From Eledone cirrhosa (Eukaryota): a stretch of DNA of 64,000 nt. Numbering within the stretch: the first letter of the stretch is position 1; each line of letters opens with the position of its first letter. The position numbers and the translations under genes are program-made. Where the stretch lies: NCBI GenBank assembly GCA_964016885.1, contig OZ024743.1, positions 101,556,001 through 101,620,000 on the forward strand, read 5' to 3'. The notes under the pieces are model-generated. The model was not told the origin of the DNA, did not search any database, and saw only the letters and a list, made by a program, of their open reading frames with translations. This document shows, piece by piece, positions 37,816 through 49,599 of the stretch.

Positions 37816-38555
37816 CGTCTCTATCATGATTTACGGGTCCCGACACAATGTACACGATTCGAGCATTACAAACTCACACATTATAATCAACAGTCAGTGT
37901 TTGTATATTTGCTCATAATTCAGAGAAATGAGGGGGGGGGCGAGAGAGATGGAAGCGATGACAGTGGGAGTTCGGCTCTTCCTTGTTCGGACCTGGTGTG
38001 CAGCGTTAGTTGTCCGTAGGGAGGTAAAGGTTTGTATTTAGCGAAGGTTTTTAGAACCGTGTGTTTGTGATTCCTGTATGTAACATTATAAGAAACAACA
38101 CAAACTATATACTTTAGGTGTCACCATCAACAGTTATACAATGCTCCCGCTGTTTACACCGGTGAGTTGTAAAAAGTACATACTTAAAGTTAGGTAGTCT
38201 TAACGGACAATAGTTATGTGATGTAGCGACAAGAAATAGACATGACCTAACCACTTCCCAATTAAATCAAATATCTGTTTATTTGTGTCAGTCAGGGAAT
38301 CTATGTGATCAAGATATGACAGCAAATTCTCCCTTATAACATATCCTACTGTTTCAAAGAAAGGGAGGACATATGTAATGGAATCCTTGATATATAAACA
38401 GACTATGGCTGCAAAACCTGATCGATCAGAACTGACCAAGGAGTAAACAACAGCAATGACACCCCACCCCACCCAAACTACCATCAAGAACAGCATAATG
38501 TGACTCGGAAAACTACATATGTATGTATTGATTCGTAACTTCTGATGAAGTCGTA

Positions 38556-38820
38556 AGTGCGCCGTAGTGACATAAGGCGTGTCTTGTGCATTTTAAACCT
38601 GGCGGAGACCGTCCCCTCTCCAGGTCTGAACACAGAGTGAGAGAAAAGAGAAATAATCCTCCCCAGTAATAGCCTGGTGTTTTTTTTTTAATTGATCTTG
38701 AAAAGATGAACACTAAAGTTGACCTCGGTCGGCAGGATTTGAATTGAGCGCAAACAGACGGAATGAATACCGCAAATCATTCTATCCGACATCCTGACGA
38801 AACTGCCAATACGCCGCCAC
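38556..38820 (-). mobile_element. tRNA-derived SINE, long form
   Basis: Shares AAAGTTGACCTCGG..GATTTGAA and GAAACTGCCAAT with other copies. Confidence 0.65.
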
Positions 38821-39364
38821 AAATCTAAATATACTAGTATTTAATAACCTCTTTTTATAAGAACAATAAAATTGCGTCTTTCTAGAAAGTTGACATTTAG
38901 TGTCAGAGAATATTTACTGTATGAATTGATGTCTAAATAGTTTATCGTTTTACATTAGAATTTTACTGAATTCCTCAAACGGAAAATAGGTAAATTCGGT
39001 TGTATATGCTTGAAAATTCCTGTAGACCAGCATTTCCTAACATTGATTTTAATTCTTGTTGCAGTATATTTACTAGATTCTCCAGCCTTTGATCTCTGTA
39101 TCGATACCATTAAAATAATACATTTAAATGGTATTTTTGTAACTGCAGGACGAACACGATTCTGATCTGAGATCGTTTGTCGATGCCAAGAAAGGTGTAC
39201 CGTGGTGTTATAAAAGAATGGGACCTCCGTCTATTTTGATGATGAGTGTTCTAGTTGTTCACTTATCGGAACAGCTTATTCGTGGAATTAACGTACAAGT
39301 GACTGAGCATTCCACAGAGTTGTGTACTCCTAACAGTATATGACAAGACTGTATCTTACAGATA

Positions 39365-39550
39365 CAGTCCATACGTCGGACTTTTACACAGTTTCTGTCT
39401 ACTTAGATTCACTCACAAGGTTCGAGTCAACTCGAAGCTCTGGTAAATGACACATGTCTAAGATGTCACACAATGAGATTGACTCTGGAACTTAATGGTT
39501 GCAAAACAAACCTCTTAACCATTCGACCATATTGCTTCCACGATGTAGCC
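39365..39550 (-). mobile_element. Second SINE family, decayed
   Basis: CAGTTTCTGTCTAC..TTCACTCACAAGG is the reverse complement of motifs in 41190-41310. Confidence 0.55.
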
Positions 39551-40394
39551 ATACTACCCATTTAAATCACATATGTATAAATCGAGCCAATAAGTAAATT
39601 GCAGTCAAATCTTTCTCTTTCTCAAATCACACCCTGCCGTCATAAATCTAATAAGGACACAGACAGCATAATCCTAGATAAGAATATATATGATAGTTAT
39701 GTCTAGAGCCCTTTTGATCTGCTCAATCAGAGCTGACGTGGGGCTAAAGCATCAACAGCAACATACCCAATCATATTCTATGAATTGTCCAATATCATTA
39801 TTGTTAGCCATAAAAAAGTATCGTCTTTCATAAAACAAAAACAAAGCAATGCAAAGTGAAATATAGTCATAGATATATAAAATGGCGAGGTGGCCCTGTG
39901 AGGCGCTTTTGATCATAGGTTTTTCTCGATAAAGTGGGACTTAGAGCTAAACAAACAGCAACAACAAGAAATAACATTGTTATATTCAATTATGTTTTAT
40001 TACTTTGTACAATATCATATATTTTTATGTATTAAAACTTATTGTGTCTCTGAGATATAATTGAATTATCAGGCTCATAAATTTACAATAGCTGACTTCA
40101 ATACTTAATGATATATATTATTGATTTCGAACATAAACGCAAGGACATCTATTTGGATAGAGGTAAGGCGGATGGTATAATCGATTAAATCGATCCACCA
40201 TATACATTACTAGGCACGAGCCAACGAAGGAGCCACCGCGTTTTTCAATTGACATGCTAGATATAGCAGCTAAATCTTCCTCAGAATATAAATCTACTGT
40301 CATTACAGTTGGGGATCATATGGCGTTATATAATGTAATGCGAACTCTTAGAAAGAGAAACCCCTTAAAAGGTCAAGGACTTACCTGGAGTTTA

Positions 40395-40590
<196 letters not shown>

Positions 40591-41189
40591 TTGCTTACTG
40601 GTATTTATTTAACCATAATAGTGGTATTTGAATTTATTAAATTACGTTAAACCTTGTTTCCGACGCCCAACCGATCCTCCTAGTTCACCGTCTTTATGTT
40701 ACATCAGATTGAACCAAATAAACACTGTTTCCATTGTTCATTCCATTGTTGGTACTATCTGCAGGTCGCAACACTTTGGTAGAAGGAGCAGCGTCAAGTA
40801 TTTTCCTCAAGAATATAACACGTCTCCCAATCCAGGTTTGCTTAAAATAGCAGCTAAATCTTGCTTAATTCACATACTACTTGCCTTACTGAAAAAACAC
40901 AGAATACATATTTGACGATGTAGTCCAATGTACACTGTGTCTAGAAAGTAAAAAAAAAAAAAAAAAAGAATGATAAGAAGACGTTCAGAAGAACTTTCAG
41001 CATTGTTCTATTTACTGAGAGCTAACGTGAGGCGAAATAACAACAACAACAACGACGCCGTTTACATGCTTGATCTACAAAACTGATCCAGTAATGTACG
41101 AGTCTTATATTGTAAAGATAGCTGATTAGATTAAAAATACCACAGAGAGACTAATAAACGTAATTTCCTAGCATAGATAAACAGACACA

Positions 41190-41310
41190 GATATGGTTGT
41201 GTGGCTGAATAGTTCACTTGGCAATCACGTAGTCTCGGCTTCACTCCCACTGTGTGTCTCTCCTACTATAGCCTCGTGAGTGAAGTGAGGTAGATGGAAA
41301 CTGCAGAAAC
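41190..41310 (+). mobile_element. Second SINE family, internally deleted copy
   Basis: TGGTTGTGTGG A-box-like start, GGCTTCACTCCC B-box-like motif, CTACTATAGCCTC..GTAGATGGAAACTG. Confidence 0.55.
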
Positions 41311-41330
41311 ATCGTCATCGTATATATATG

Positions 41331-41418
41331 AAAAGAGTCAGGACCCCTAAGGCTGAGCTACGGCCGTTTCTACAGCTAGATCCGAAACGGAGCTCAGCCG
41401 TCGGGGTCCTGACTTTTT
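41331..41418. repeat. ~90-bp imperfect palindrome containing half-hammerhead motifs (probable Penelope pLTR remnant)
   Basis: AGAGTCAGGACCCC..GGCTGAGCT..CCGTTTC pairs with GAAACGG-AGCTCAGCC..GGGGTCCTGACTTT. Confidence 0.75.
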
Positions 41419-41514
41419 TCCTATTACCCACTCTATTACCCTAAGTATCGAGTACTCTGGTGCGTTATTGTCCACCTGGTTTCTTACCACTCTTTCTTTG
41501 TTATACATATATAT

Positions 41515-42110
41515 ACTAACAGAATGGCTCGGCGTTGCTCGGGCTTCTAAACATAGATTGGCATGTTTATCCCTCCTTTCTGAAGCAGTACAGAGAAGTA
41601 CAGAATACCTCGGCCTGGGGATGGTGTCTACATTTTGTGCTTAGGCAAATAATTTTCCATTAAGATTTTTCAAAAGTATGTAATTGCATTCCCTCTCTTT
41701 TATGTTGTTGTTTCTGCTGTTATTGATGTGATAGCAGCCGTTGGTAGTACTACTAACACAGTCTCGTCCTTCTGCCAATTGTGTATATCCCCTTCTGCCT
41801 CGTCTACCTAAACAATGATTGTAGCACCTCCCTGTACACAATGTTCCTTGTTCTTCCGTGTCGGGCATATGCAGAAAGATTTGTCTTGATTCCCACTCTT
41901 GAGCAGCCAACGTATAGTTGCCCGTGTGAAAAACATGACTCTTCCAAAAGACCAGCAACAGTTAGGGTCAGACCCTGGGATTTGTTGATAGACATTGCAA
42001 AGCTGACACGGTTCGGCGAATGGTTCGTTGGTTGTCTGTTTCAAGTGCTCTTCTGGTACGTTCAGCATATTGCGACCGTTGAATAGCGGATTCCACTGAC
42101 GATTCGTTTG
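41515..42110 (-). mobile_element. Helitron 3' fragment (PIF1 helicase C-terminus and 3' terminus)
   Basis: SFAMSINKSQGLTL..CFSHGQLYVGCSRVG..TRNIVYREVL. The 3' end CCCGAGCAACGCCGAG is a decayed hairpin, followed by TTAG-T (degenerate CTAG-T). Confidence 0.88.
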
Positions 42111-42418
42111 CCCTCCTTGTTCTTTTTCTTGCCGCTTTCGCAGTATTTCAACCAATGGAGTATCTCTTCCTTCGAGGCATGACCTAAAAGCAGGACGAAG
42201 TACACTAAGACTAATTGGTAGAGTAAGGAGTAAACTCGTCAGTGATGCATGTGATTTCCGAACCGTTGACTATGTAATTGCTGGCCTTGTGCCAAAAGTA
42301 GTGTGACATTTTGGGTGGCATATCAGCAGTAACAATGACGATAAGCCGTCTATGCTTTCGTGAAATAAATACGTTTGTTTATATTTTGTTTTTGTGTATG
42401 CAAAAAATATCTGTACAC

Positions 42419-42420
<2 letters not shown>

Positions 42421-42497
<77 letters not shown>
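42421..42497. repeat. (TA)n microsatellite
   Basis: Direct reading. Confidence 0.95.
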
Positions 42498-42501
<4 letters not shown>

Positions 42502-43736
42502 AATTTAAAATAATATGATCAACACTAATGTGTTTTTTTTTTTTTTAGCCAGATAGAAATACCTTAAGTCAAGTACATATAGTCCGCTTGTATCGATCTA
42601 GAAAATATTAAATATTAAATCTATACTTACAGACGTAAAATGGCAACTGCCTGGTACCTAGACAAGTTTAAATTTCAAAATTCAAACCTTTTCAGCAGAT
42701 CGGTCGGAATTTCAAAACATAAACCTGTTTCACAAGGGATGGTATACTAATGAAATAATTAATTAATTACGGAACAACTATTTATAAAATAATTATTAGT
42801 GAAGTAATCAATTTTCTGTGATTTTCAATAGGCACCCAGATAAATTATAGTTACTTCTCCTAAGATAAGAATCTTAAGACTGATCTGTCGCAAGCCTAAT
42901 ACTTGTGCTTTTGCACACGACCTTCTCAGCATTCTGGCTCATATCCATGGCGCTAGAAATAACAGCCGTAGATATGGGATTATGAATTCAGCTCTACCGA
43001 AGGAGCAGATTTATTTCAATTTAGTAGTCAAATACAATTATTAAGCTCTAAGAAAATACTTCTGAGCATTACAGTACAATTTAAAAAAATATGATCAACA
43101 CTAATGTGTTTTTTTTGCAAAATGACAATAATTTTTTAGCCAGATAGAAATACCTTAAGTCAAGTACATATAGTCCGCCTGTATCGATCTAGAAAATATT
43201 AAATATTAAATCTATACTTACAGACGTAAAATGGCAACTGCCTGGTGCCTAGACAAGTTTAAATTTCAAAATTCAAACCTTAAATTGTACTGTAATGCTC
43301 AGAAGTATTTTCTTAGAGCTTAATAATTGTATTTGACTACTAAATTGAAATAAATCTGCTCCTTCGGTAGAGCTGAATTCATAATCCCATATTTACGGCT
43401 GTTATTTCTAGCGCCATAGATATGAGCCAGAATACTGAGAAGGTCGTGTTCAAAAGCACATGTATTAGGCTTGCGACAGATCAGTCTTAAGATTCTTATC
43501 TTAGGAGAAGTAACTATAATTTATCTGGGTGCCTATTGAAAATCACAGAAAATTGATTACTTCACTAATAATTATTTTATAAATAGTTGTTCCGTAATTA
43601 ATTAATTATTTCATTAGTATACCATCCCTTGTGAAACAGGTTTATGTTTTGAAGTTCCGACCGATCTGCTGAAAAGGTTTGAATTTTGAAATTTAAACTT
43701 GTCTAGGCACCAGGCAGTTGCCATTTTACGTCTGTA
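42498..43736. repeat. Tandem plus inverted duplication A-B-A'-B(rc); inverted arms 42628-43082 and 43281-43736
   Basis: A (42498-42689) is repeated at 43073-43280. 43281-43736 is a near-perfect reverse complement of 42628-43082. Confidence 0.93.
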
Positions 43737-44298
43737 TATTGTTATGCTTTGGGAGAGTCATGTTGCCAATAAGACACACAAAGTTCTTTCGACACACATT
43801 TTGTGGCCTCTTCAGTGACTGGGGATTCTTTTCTTTGTTTTTGTGTCTCTCCTTTGTTCTGTCTTACGCCATCTTGTTTTTGAGTGTGCTGTGTGCTTAG
43901 TTTGCGCACATAGAACACACACAGACATAGAACAAACAACCAACCAGTAACATGTAAATAAACAAATAAATAAACAAATATAAACACACACAGACACCCG
44001 GATGTAACACATGCGCAAGCTAAGCGTACAACACACACAAAAACAAGATGGCGTAGGACAGAACAAAGGAGAAGCACAAAAACAAAGAAAATATTCCCCA
44101 GTCACTGAAGAGGTCACAGAATGTGTGACGAAAGAACTTTGACAATATATGAACAACCGTCCGGTTGTGGAACCAACCAACCAACCGGAAATTTATAAAT
44201 TCTTAAATTTATAAATTTAATTTATAATAAATTGGAGTGAAAGCAACTGGTGCGTGTGTTTCTTATTGGCAACATGACCCTCCCAAAGCATAACAATA
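43737..44298. mobile_element. Palindromic Penelope-like terminal-repeat remnant (inverted arms 43737-43908 and 44012-44298)
   Basis: The arms are reverse complements, and the right arm carries a ~110-bp extra segment. Each arm has a hammerhead core. Shares ATGCGCA..AAGATGGCGTAG with the 3' region of the PLE at 52260-52322. Confidence 0.72.
44101..44143 (+). ncRNA. Minimal type I hammerhead ribozyme (Penelope-type)
   Basis: GTCA-CTGAAGA-G-GTCACA gaatg TGTGAC-GAAA-GaaC-TT-TGAC: stem I GTCA/TGAC, CUGANGA core, 6-bp stem II, GAAA, very short stem III. Confidence 0.65.
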
Positions 44299-44353
44299 TC
44301 GGTTTCAACACACGTTTTCAGATAAAGAATCTTGCTAAACAAATTCAGAAACG

Positions 44354-44395
<42 letters not shown>

Positions 44396-44661
44396 CAACA
44401 TATAGAGAGAGGTACACATAGAGCTCTGTGTTCAATCATAGAGGATCAAATACCACATGGTGACGAACATATTACCTACGGAAGGAATGGTGAATATAAA
44501 TCAATAAAAAGAATTTATTAATATATTATTTTTATTGATTCTTATAGATATGTGTGTGTGTCTATGTGTGTACAACCCCAAAGTATATGCTGGAGTCTAC
44601 TCATGCAGTGCTCACTTCGGTGAACAAAGAGTACCTTGATGTTATAATCTCTCTCTCTCAC

Positions 44662-44695
<34 letters not shown>

Positions 44696-44756
44696 CTTTC
44701 TCTCTGTATATATATATACACACATATTACACATACACACACATACACACACACAC

Positions 44757-44812
<56 letters not shown>

Positions 44813-44821
44813 GTATATATG

Positions 44822-44855
<34 letters not shown>

Positions 44856-44896
44856 TGTATGTATGTATGTATGTATGTATGTACGTATGTAAGTAT

Positions 44897-45512
44897 GTTT
44901 ATGTCATGTCACCAGTTGGTGCTACTGGTAACATGTATCCCAGTACAACCTGTCCCATGGTCGGGTCGTTGGCGACTAAACTGGCAACCCCATGAAGGTT
45001 TCTTGGTGAGGAGGGTGACTTTGGACATCCTGCAGGATTAAAAACAAAACCTGTCAAAGGGCAAAGGAGCTCTTAAGAGTCAATGGCCATCCAAAATTCC
45101 CGGGAGAGATGACCCCTTAGCCTTTGTCAAGGCAGAATTCTAGGAGAAGGAAAACTCTGATATAACACCTGTAACCCTGATGGTATCCAATGACGTTGAC
45201 TTGTTCTTCTTTTTGGTAAATATCATCTTGGTTAAGAGAGTGGGACTGGCTTTGTGCAGTGCCTTTTCTCACTATAAAAGCTTCACGGCACAGGCATTGC
45301 TTTATATCTGGAGATCTCTCTGCACTTGTCATCACATGGTACCATGGGCCCAGCACTATGTGTCAATAATTGTCACAAGTGTAGTGTTTGTACCAGAGTT
45401 TTCAAGTCACTGGCTGGACTAAAAAGTCACACTTGTTCAGCGCATCGGTAGGGGTTCACCTACATGGATATAAAGTAGTGGCCGTACTCGAAAACGAGTT
45501 GGCAGCCACCAT
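44897..45512 (+). mobile_element. Non-autonomous RTE-derived element (RTE-like 5' UTR plus 3' end), (ATGT)n-flanked
   Basis: CTAGGAGAAGGAAAACTCTGA motif, which I recall from RTE 5' UTRs. Terminal C2H2 remnant CSVCTRVFKSLAGLKSHTCSAH* at 45371-45451. Near-identical copy at 60986-61572. Confidence 0.75.
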
Positions 45513-47589
45513 GTATGTATGTATGGATAAACCTCAATTCCAAGTTTAGTTAACTATCATCGTTAGTTTTCAATATATATTTCTTGAAAATTAAGAACTA
45601 TGATTTTGATGGTCTGTTTTTTAATTCTTCTTCTAAAGAAAATATCTCATTTCGTGGCTCTGTTTTTTTCATTCATCATCTTTAGGAAAGTTTCCCTTTC
45701 AATTGACTCTCTATTGATTCGTCGTTAACCTTTTCTTTTTCCTTTTTATTTATTTTTTATTCATACTCATTTTAGCTTCTAAAACTCAAACATGAAAGAC
45801 AGCTATTGGGTTTGCACAGCAGATAAAAGCAATAATCTTATCCGATTCTTTTACACAAATTATTTGCTTTTCATTTCGAATTTCTCGGTGGATGCTCACT
45901 AAATTTATTGTGAACTGAACAAAAATCATAAATAGATATTTCATCTTATTGATTAACACAACTATTAATCTACACTAAAAATAATAAAAGCTAAAAACAA
46001 ACAAAAATATATCAGTTAGTTTATTTGACCTTACTCTGTTTTGAAATCATAGGTCTTTCCGATATTATGTTTTAGGACGGTTTGTAGCACATATAATTTA
46101 TCGTATCTCAGCCACTGTTTATAGTTTATAACAAATTGAAAGCTTGTTCCAGTAAACAGAGAAGGAATTCGTTCATTTATTGCAGCGACATATCAATTAA
46201 AATGACATTCCTTTCAGGTTTGATTTGTAATATGTTTTTGATGGATCAAAATCAATGAACAAAAATGTTTTCTTTAATTTCTTCTGTTAAAAAAAGTCGC
46301 CACGAAAATATGTGAGCATATGAATGTTTATTCTGTATGAGAATATTTATTTAAGATTTCTGTAAAATAATTCTGCAGTTCGTAACCGTTAGACTATATG
46401 TAGTCGTGATCTCAAAACTACGTTATTTCATCCGTGTTGGCTTCAGCAACTTTGATGTCATCAAACTTCTAACCAAGCTACAGTCTACAGAGAGCAAAGA
46501 TTCACTTACCAACCATCTATATACACAGCCTTAAGGCAAGACAACAGGATGGTTAGAACGTCGAATAGAATGATTTGCCGTTTTCGGTTCTCAACATACT
46601 AAAAAAGAAAAATCCTGAAAATAATTGCGTAAATTCCCACACAGCATATACTGATTTGTAATTTAAGCACAGGGTAAGTTTATTTGGGAGTAGGGCAAAG
46701 TAGATTATGTTGGCCTTAGTACTTAACTGGTACTTTATTTTATCGAACCACGGAAGGATGAAACGCAAAGTTAACCTCGATCCCAGTTATGTAACTGGGA
46801 GAAGGTTGTCATGAAATTTCTTTAATAACATATTCTAAAGTATAAGAAAGCAAGAAAAATATCTGCTATTTGTATAAGTATGGCTACCATCTGTCTGGAT
46901 CCAGTGCTTCACCTGTCAGTAACGAAGTCAATTTATTAACAATCACATTTCTTGTTATATCGATATCAATCCTAACATGTTTCTTAGAATACTTAGCCGT
47001 CCCTCCATCAAGATAACTCAGAACAACTGGTTTAATTATGTTTCTTAAAATATAGTTTTTGGTGTTTAGCCCCAGATTAATCCTGATTAAATAGATCAAT
47101 TACCAAAGTTATCCTAGCAATGGACATCCCATTATTTTATATACCAGAAACTACATTATGCAATGTATTCCTCTCTTTTTTTAAAGACGGTGGTGTCATT
47201 ATTTTCAAATCTGTAAAACTAGAAATAATTTTAATATATACCATGTTACTAAAGACCGATTATCATGGATTTAGAGACTAGGATAGTCTCTAAAAAAGGA
47301 ACAGGAGTAAGTTGACATCTTCAAGTCAATCGTCATCATCATTTTGGTGTGTTGGTTGCAAAGATCGTTATAACTCTTTAGTCATGTTAATCTTTCGATG
47401 GCTAAATTCTCATCTGTAGACGCCACACCTGTAGATGAGTTGCAGTAGTTTGCTGACTGAAGTTTCTGATCCTGACCGTTGAACAAGGAGGTTCATCCGC
47501 TCAATTGATTCTGTCTTGAATTTATCTGTCATCCTATCAAGTCAATAAGAGGACAAAGATTTAATACTACTGGTTAAAACGGATTCTAA

Positions 47590-48002
47590 TATAGACACAG
47601 GGCCAACAGGTTTAGAAGAGAAGAAAGTTGATTATTCCAGTCGATTGAACCCAGTATTTGACTGATATTTTATTTCATCGACACGAGACAGATGAAATCC
47701 AGCGTTGAACTCAGAACGTAAAGACCCGAGAGAAATATTGCGATAATCTTATATTCAACACCCTAATATTTTTGCCAATCGACCACCCTAGTAATACTAG
47801 ATGGCGGTTTCTAATTTAGGCACAAAGCCAGTAGTTTCAGTGGACCAGAAAATCGATTACATCGATCCCAGTTATTTAACTCGTACTTTATTTTGTCGAC
47901 TATGAAAGGGTGAAAGGCTGAGTTGACCTCAGCGGGATTTGATCTTAGAACTTAAAGAGCCATAATTGTCCGACGTTCTGCCGATTCTGCCAACTCTCTG
48001 CC
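47590..48002 (-). mobile_element. Two tandem decayed tRNA-derived SINEs
   Basis: Two successive TTTATTT..TCGAC..GATGAAA/GTGAAAGG..GAACTCAGAAC..GCCAA units. Confidence 0.6.
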
Positions 48003-48724
48003 CCAGCACTACTCGATAATGAAAGCATTTTTATTTATACAATGGCATGTAGTGTTTAATAATACCCTTCGACGTATACCATAAGCTTAAATATCACCAG
48101 GATCAACATTCCAATTTACCCTACTGAAGTCAATAGAAAAAGCACCATGCAAGAACTGGGTAGCTTCAATGGATCAATTAATTTCCTTACAAATCTCTGA
48201 CCTTGTACCAATATCTAAATGTCAATAGTTTGAGGTTCATTCAATCAATTATGTTCATTGAGAAAATCGTGTTTTAGTTGAACCAAGTGAAGTCACAGCT
48301 GCAAAGGTTGTGAATTAGCAGAAATGATGGCGATTTGAATAAAAAACTTTGCCGTATTTTATGTCGTTCATTTGTGATCCGAATATCAATTTCTCAGGTG
48401 TCGTATTTGTTTTTAATTAGTTCCAAGTCGGTAAATTAATTAATGTAAATATACCTAACTCAATATAATCCACAAATATAAAAAGAAAATATAAATAAAT
48501 AAAAATATAACTTCTGTTATTTTTGTTGTTGTTTAACCCTACGTCAGTTCTGCTTGGGGAGGCATATGATCGAAAGTGTTCGAGCCATGATATTTCTATA
48601 TTTTTGAATAACAAGATAATTACATTTCAAATTTGTATAATGCTTATGAAGTCAACCGGTTGTTTATACTTCTAGCTAAAGGCTTGTAATATGTATGTAC
48701 CCGTAATTCTAGATGATGTCGTAG

Positions 48725-49150
48725 GGGTGCCGTAGTGACATACGGTGTTATTTGGGCACTCTTTGAAATTGGCGGAGCCCATCACTGTTCCTGGAAAACA
48801 GCCGGTTTTTTCTTCTTCTTCTTCTTCTTCTTCTTCTTCTTCTTCTTCTTCTTCTTCTTCTTCTTCTTCTTCTTCGCGCGAGAGAGAGAGAGTGAGAGCG
48901 AGAGAGAGTAGAGAAAGAGAGAAAAGAGAGATAGAGGTAGAGAGAGAGAGAGGGGGGGGAAGAGGGGAAGTTAGGAAGAGATATAGAGGAAGAATCGACC
49001 CCAGTACTAGACAGGTACTCTATTTATCGACCTCGAAAGGATGAAAGGCAAAATTTAACTTGGTGGGATTTGAATTCAGAGCTCAGAGATTCGGAACGAA
49101 TACCACAAAGCATTCTATCCGATGTTCTAACATCTCTACCATTCCGCCAG
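48725..49150 (-). mobile_element. tRNA-derived SINE, long form with expanded (TTC)n and (AG)n internal tracts
   Basis: TCGACCTCGAAAGGATGAAAGGCAAAA core; the 3' part matches 38556-38640. Confidence 0.65.
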
Positions 49151-49436
49151 CTTCAGGTTTAACATGTTCTAAAAAAAATTAGAATTAATGACAAGCGTCT
49201 CTTTAGCCTAGCGGTTAACGCACTCACCCAGGAATATCCGCTCTGTCGACATTTTCCTGTCTACAAGGGTACTTTACCAGATTTTCACAACTATTACTTA
49301 AAGTGAGTAACTATTTTTATGGTTAATTGCGTTAGGCCGATATTTCAAATTTCCCCAAAGCTTTTTAATTCAACCGGCTGTTTACATTTCTAGCTAGAAG
49401 TTTAAAATCTTCTAAAAGGACAGAATTAGTGGCGAG

Positions 49437-49500
49437 TGGCTCGTTAGTATAGTAGTTAACGTACTAGTCTGGATCCAAGAGATGCGGGGTTCAATTGTTT
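49437..49500 (+). pseudogene. Degenerate tRNA-like sequence (tRNA-Asp-like 5' half), SINE head or pseudogene
   Basis: CTCGTTAGTATAGTAGTTAA resembles eukaryotic tRNA-Asp TCCTCGTTAGTATAGTGG. B-box-like GGGTTCAATT present; no intact cloverleaf. Confidence 0.4.
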
Positions 49501-49599
49501 GCAGGCGGTTTTATCCATTTGTTTCAGGCCTCATGGGTATTTTACTCGTTTATTTATAGTGCTCGACTACTATTGTGGTCATTTGCGATGGAAAGAATA

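Noticed and set aside
41804-41995. Host PIF1 helicase gene
   Set aside because: Only the C-terminal motif is present, next to a Helitron 3' terminus.
44905-45020. Canonical HDV-like or twister ribozyme
   Set aside because: CCAGT/ACTGG and CTAA resemble P2 and J4/2, but no P1/P3 arrangement could be fitted by eye. Kept only as an unspecified structured RNA.
45371-45451. Host C2H2 zinc-finger gene
   Set aside because: A single finger inside a dispersed repeat; consistent with an RTE ORF C-terminus.
49437-49510. Functional tRNA gene
   Set aside because: The acceptor, anticodon and T stems do not pair.
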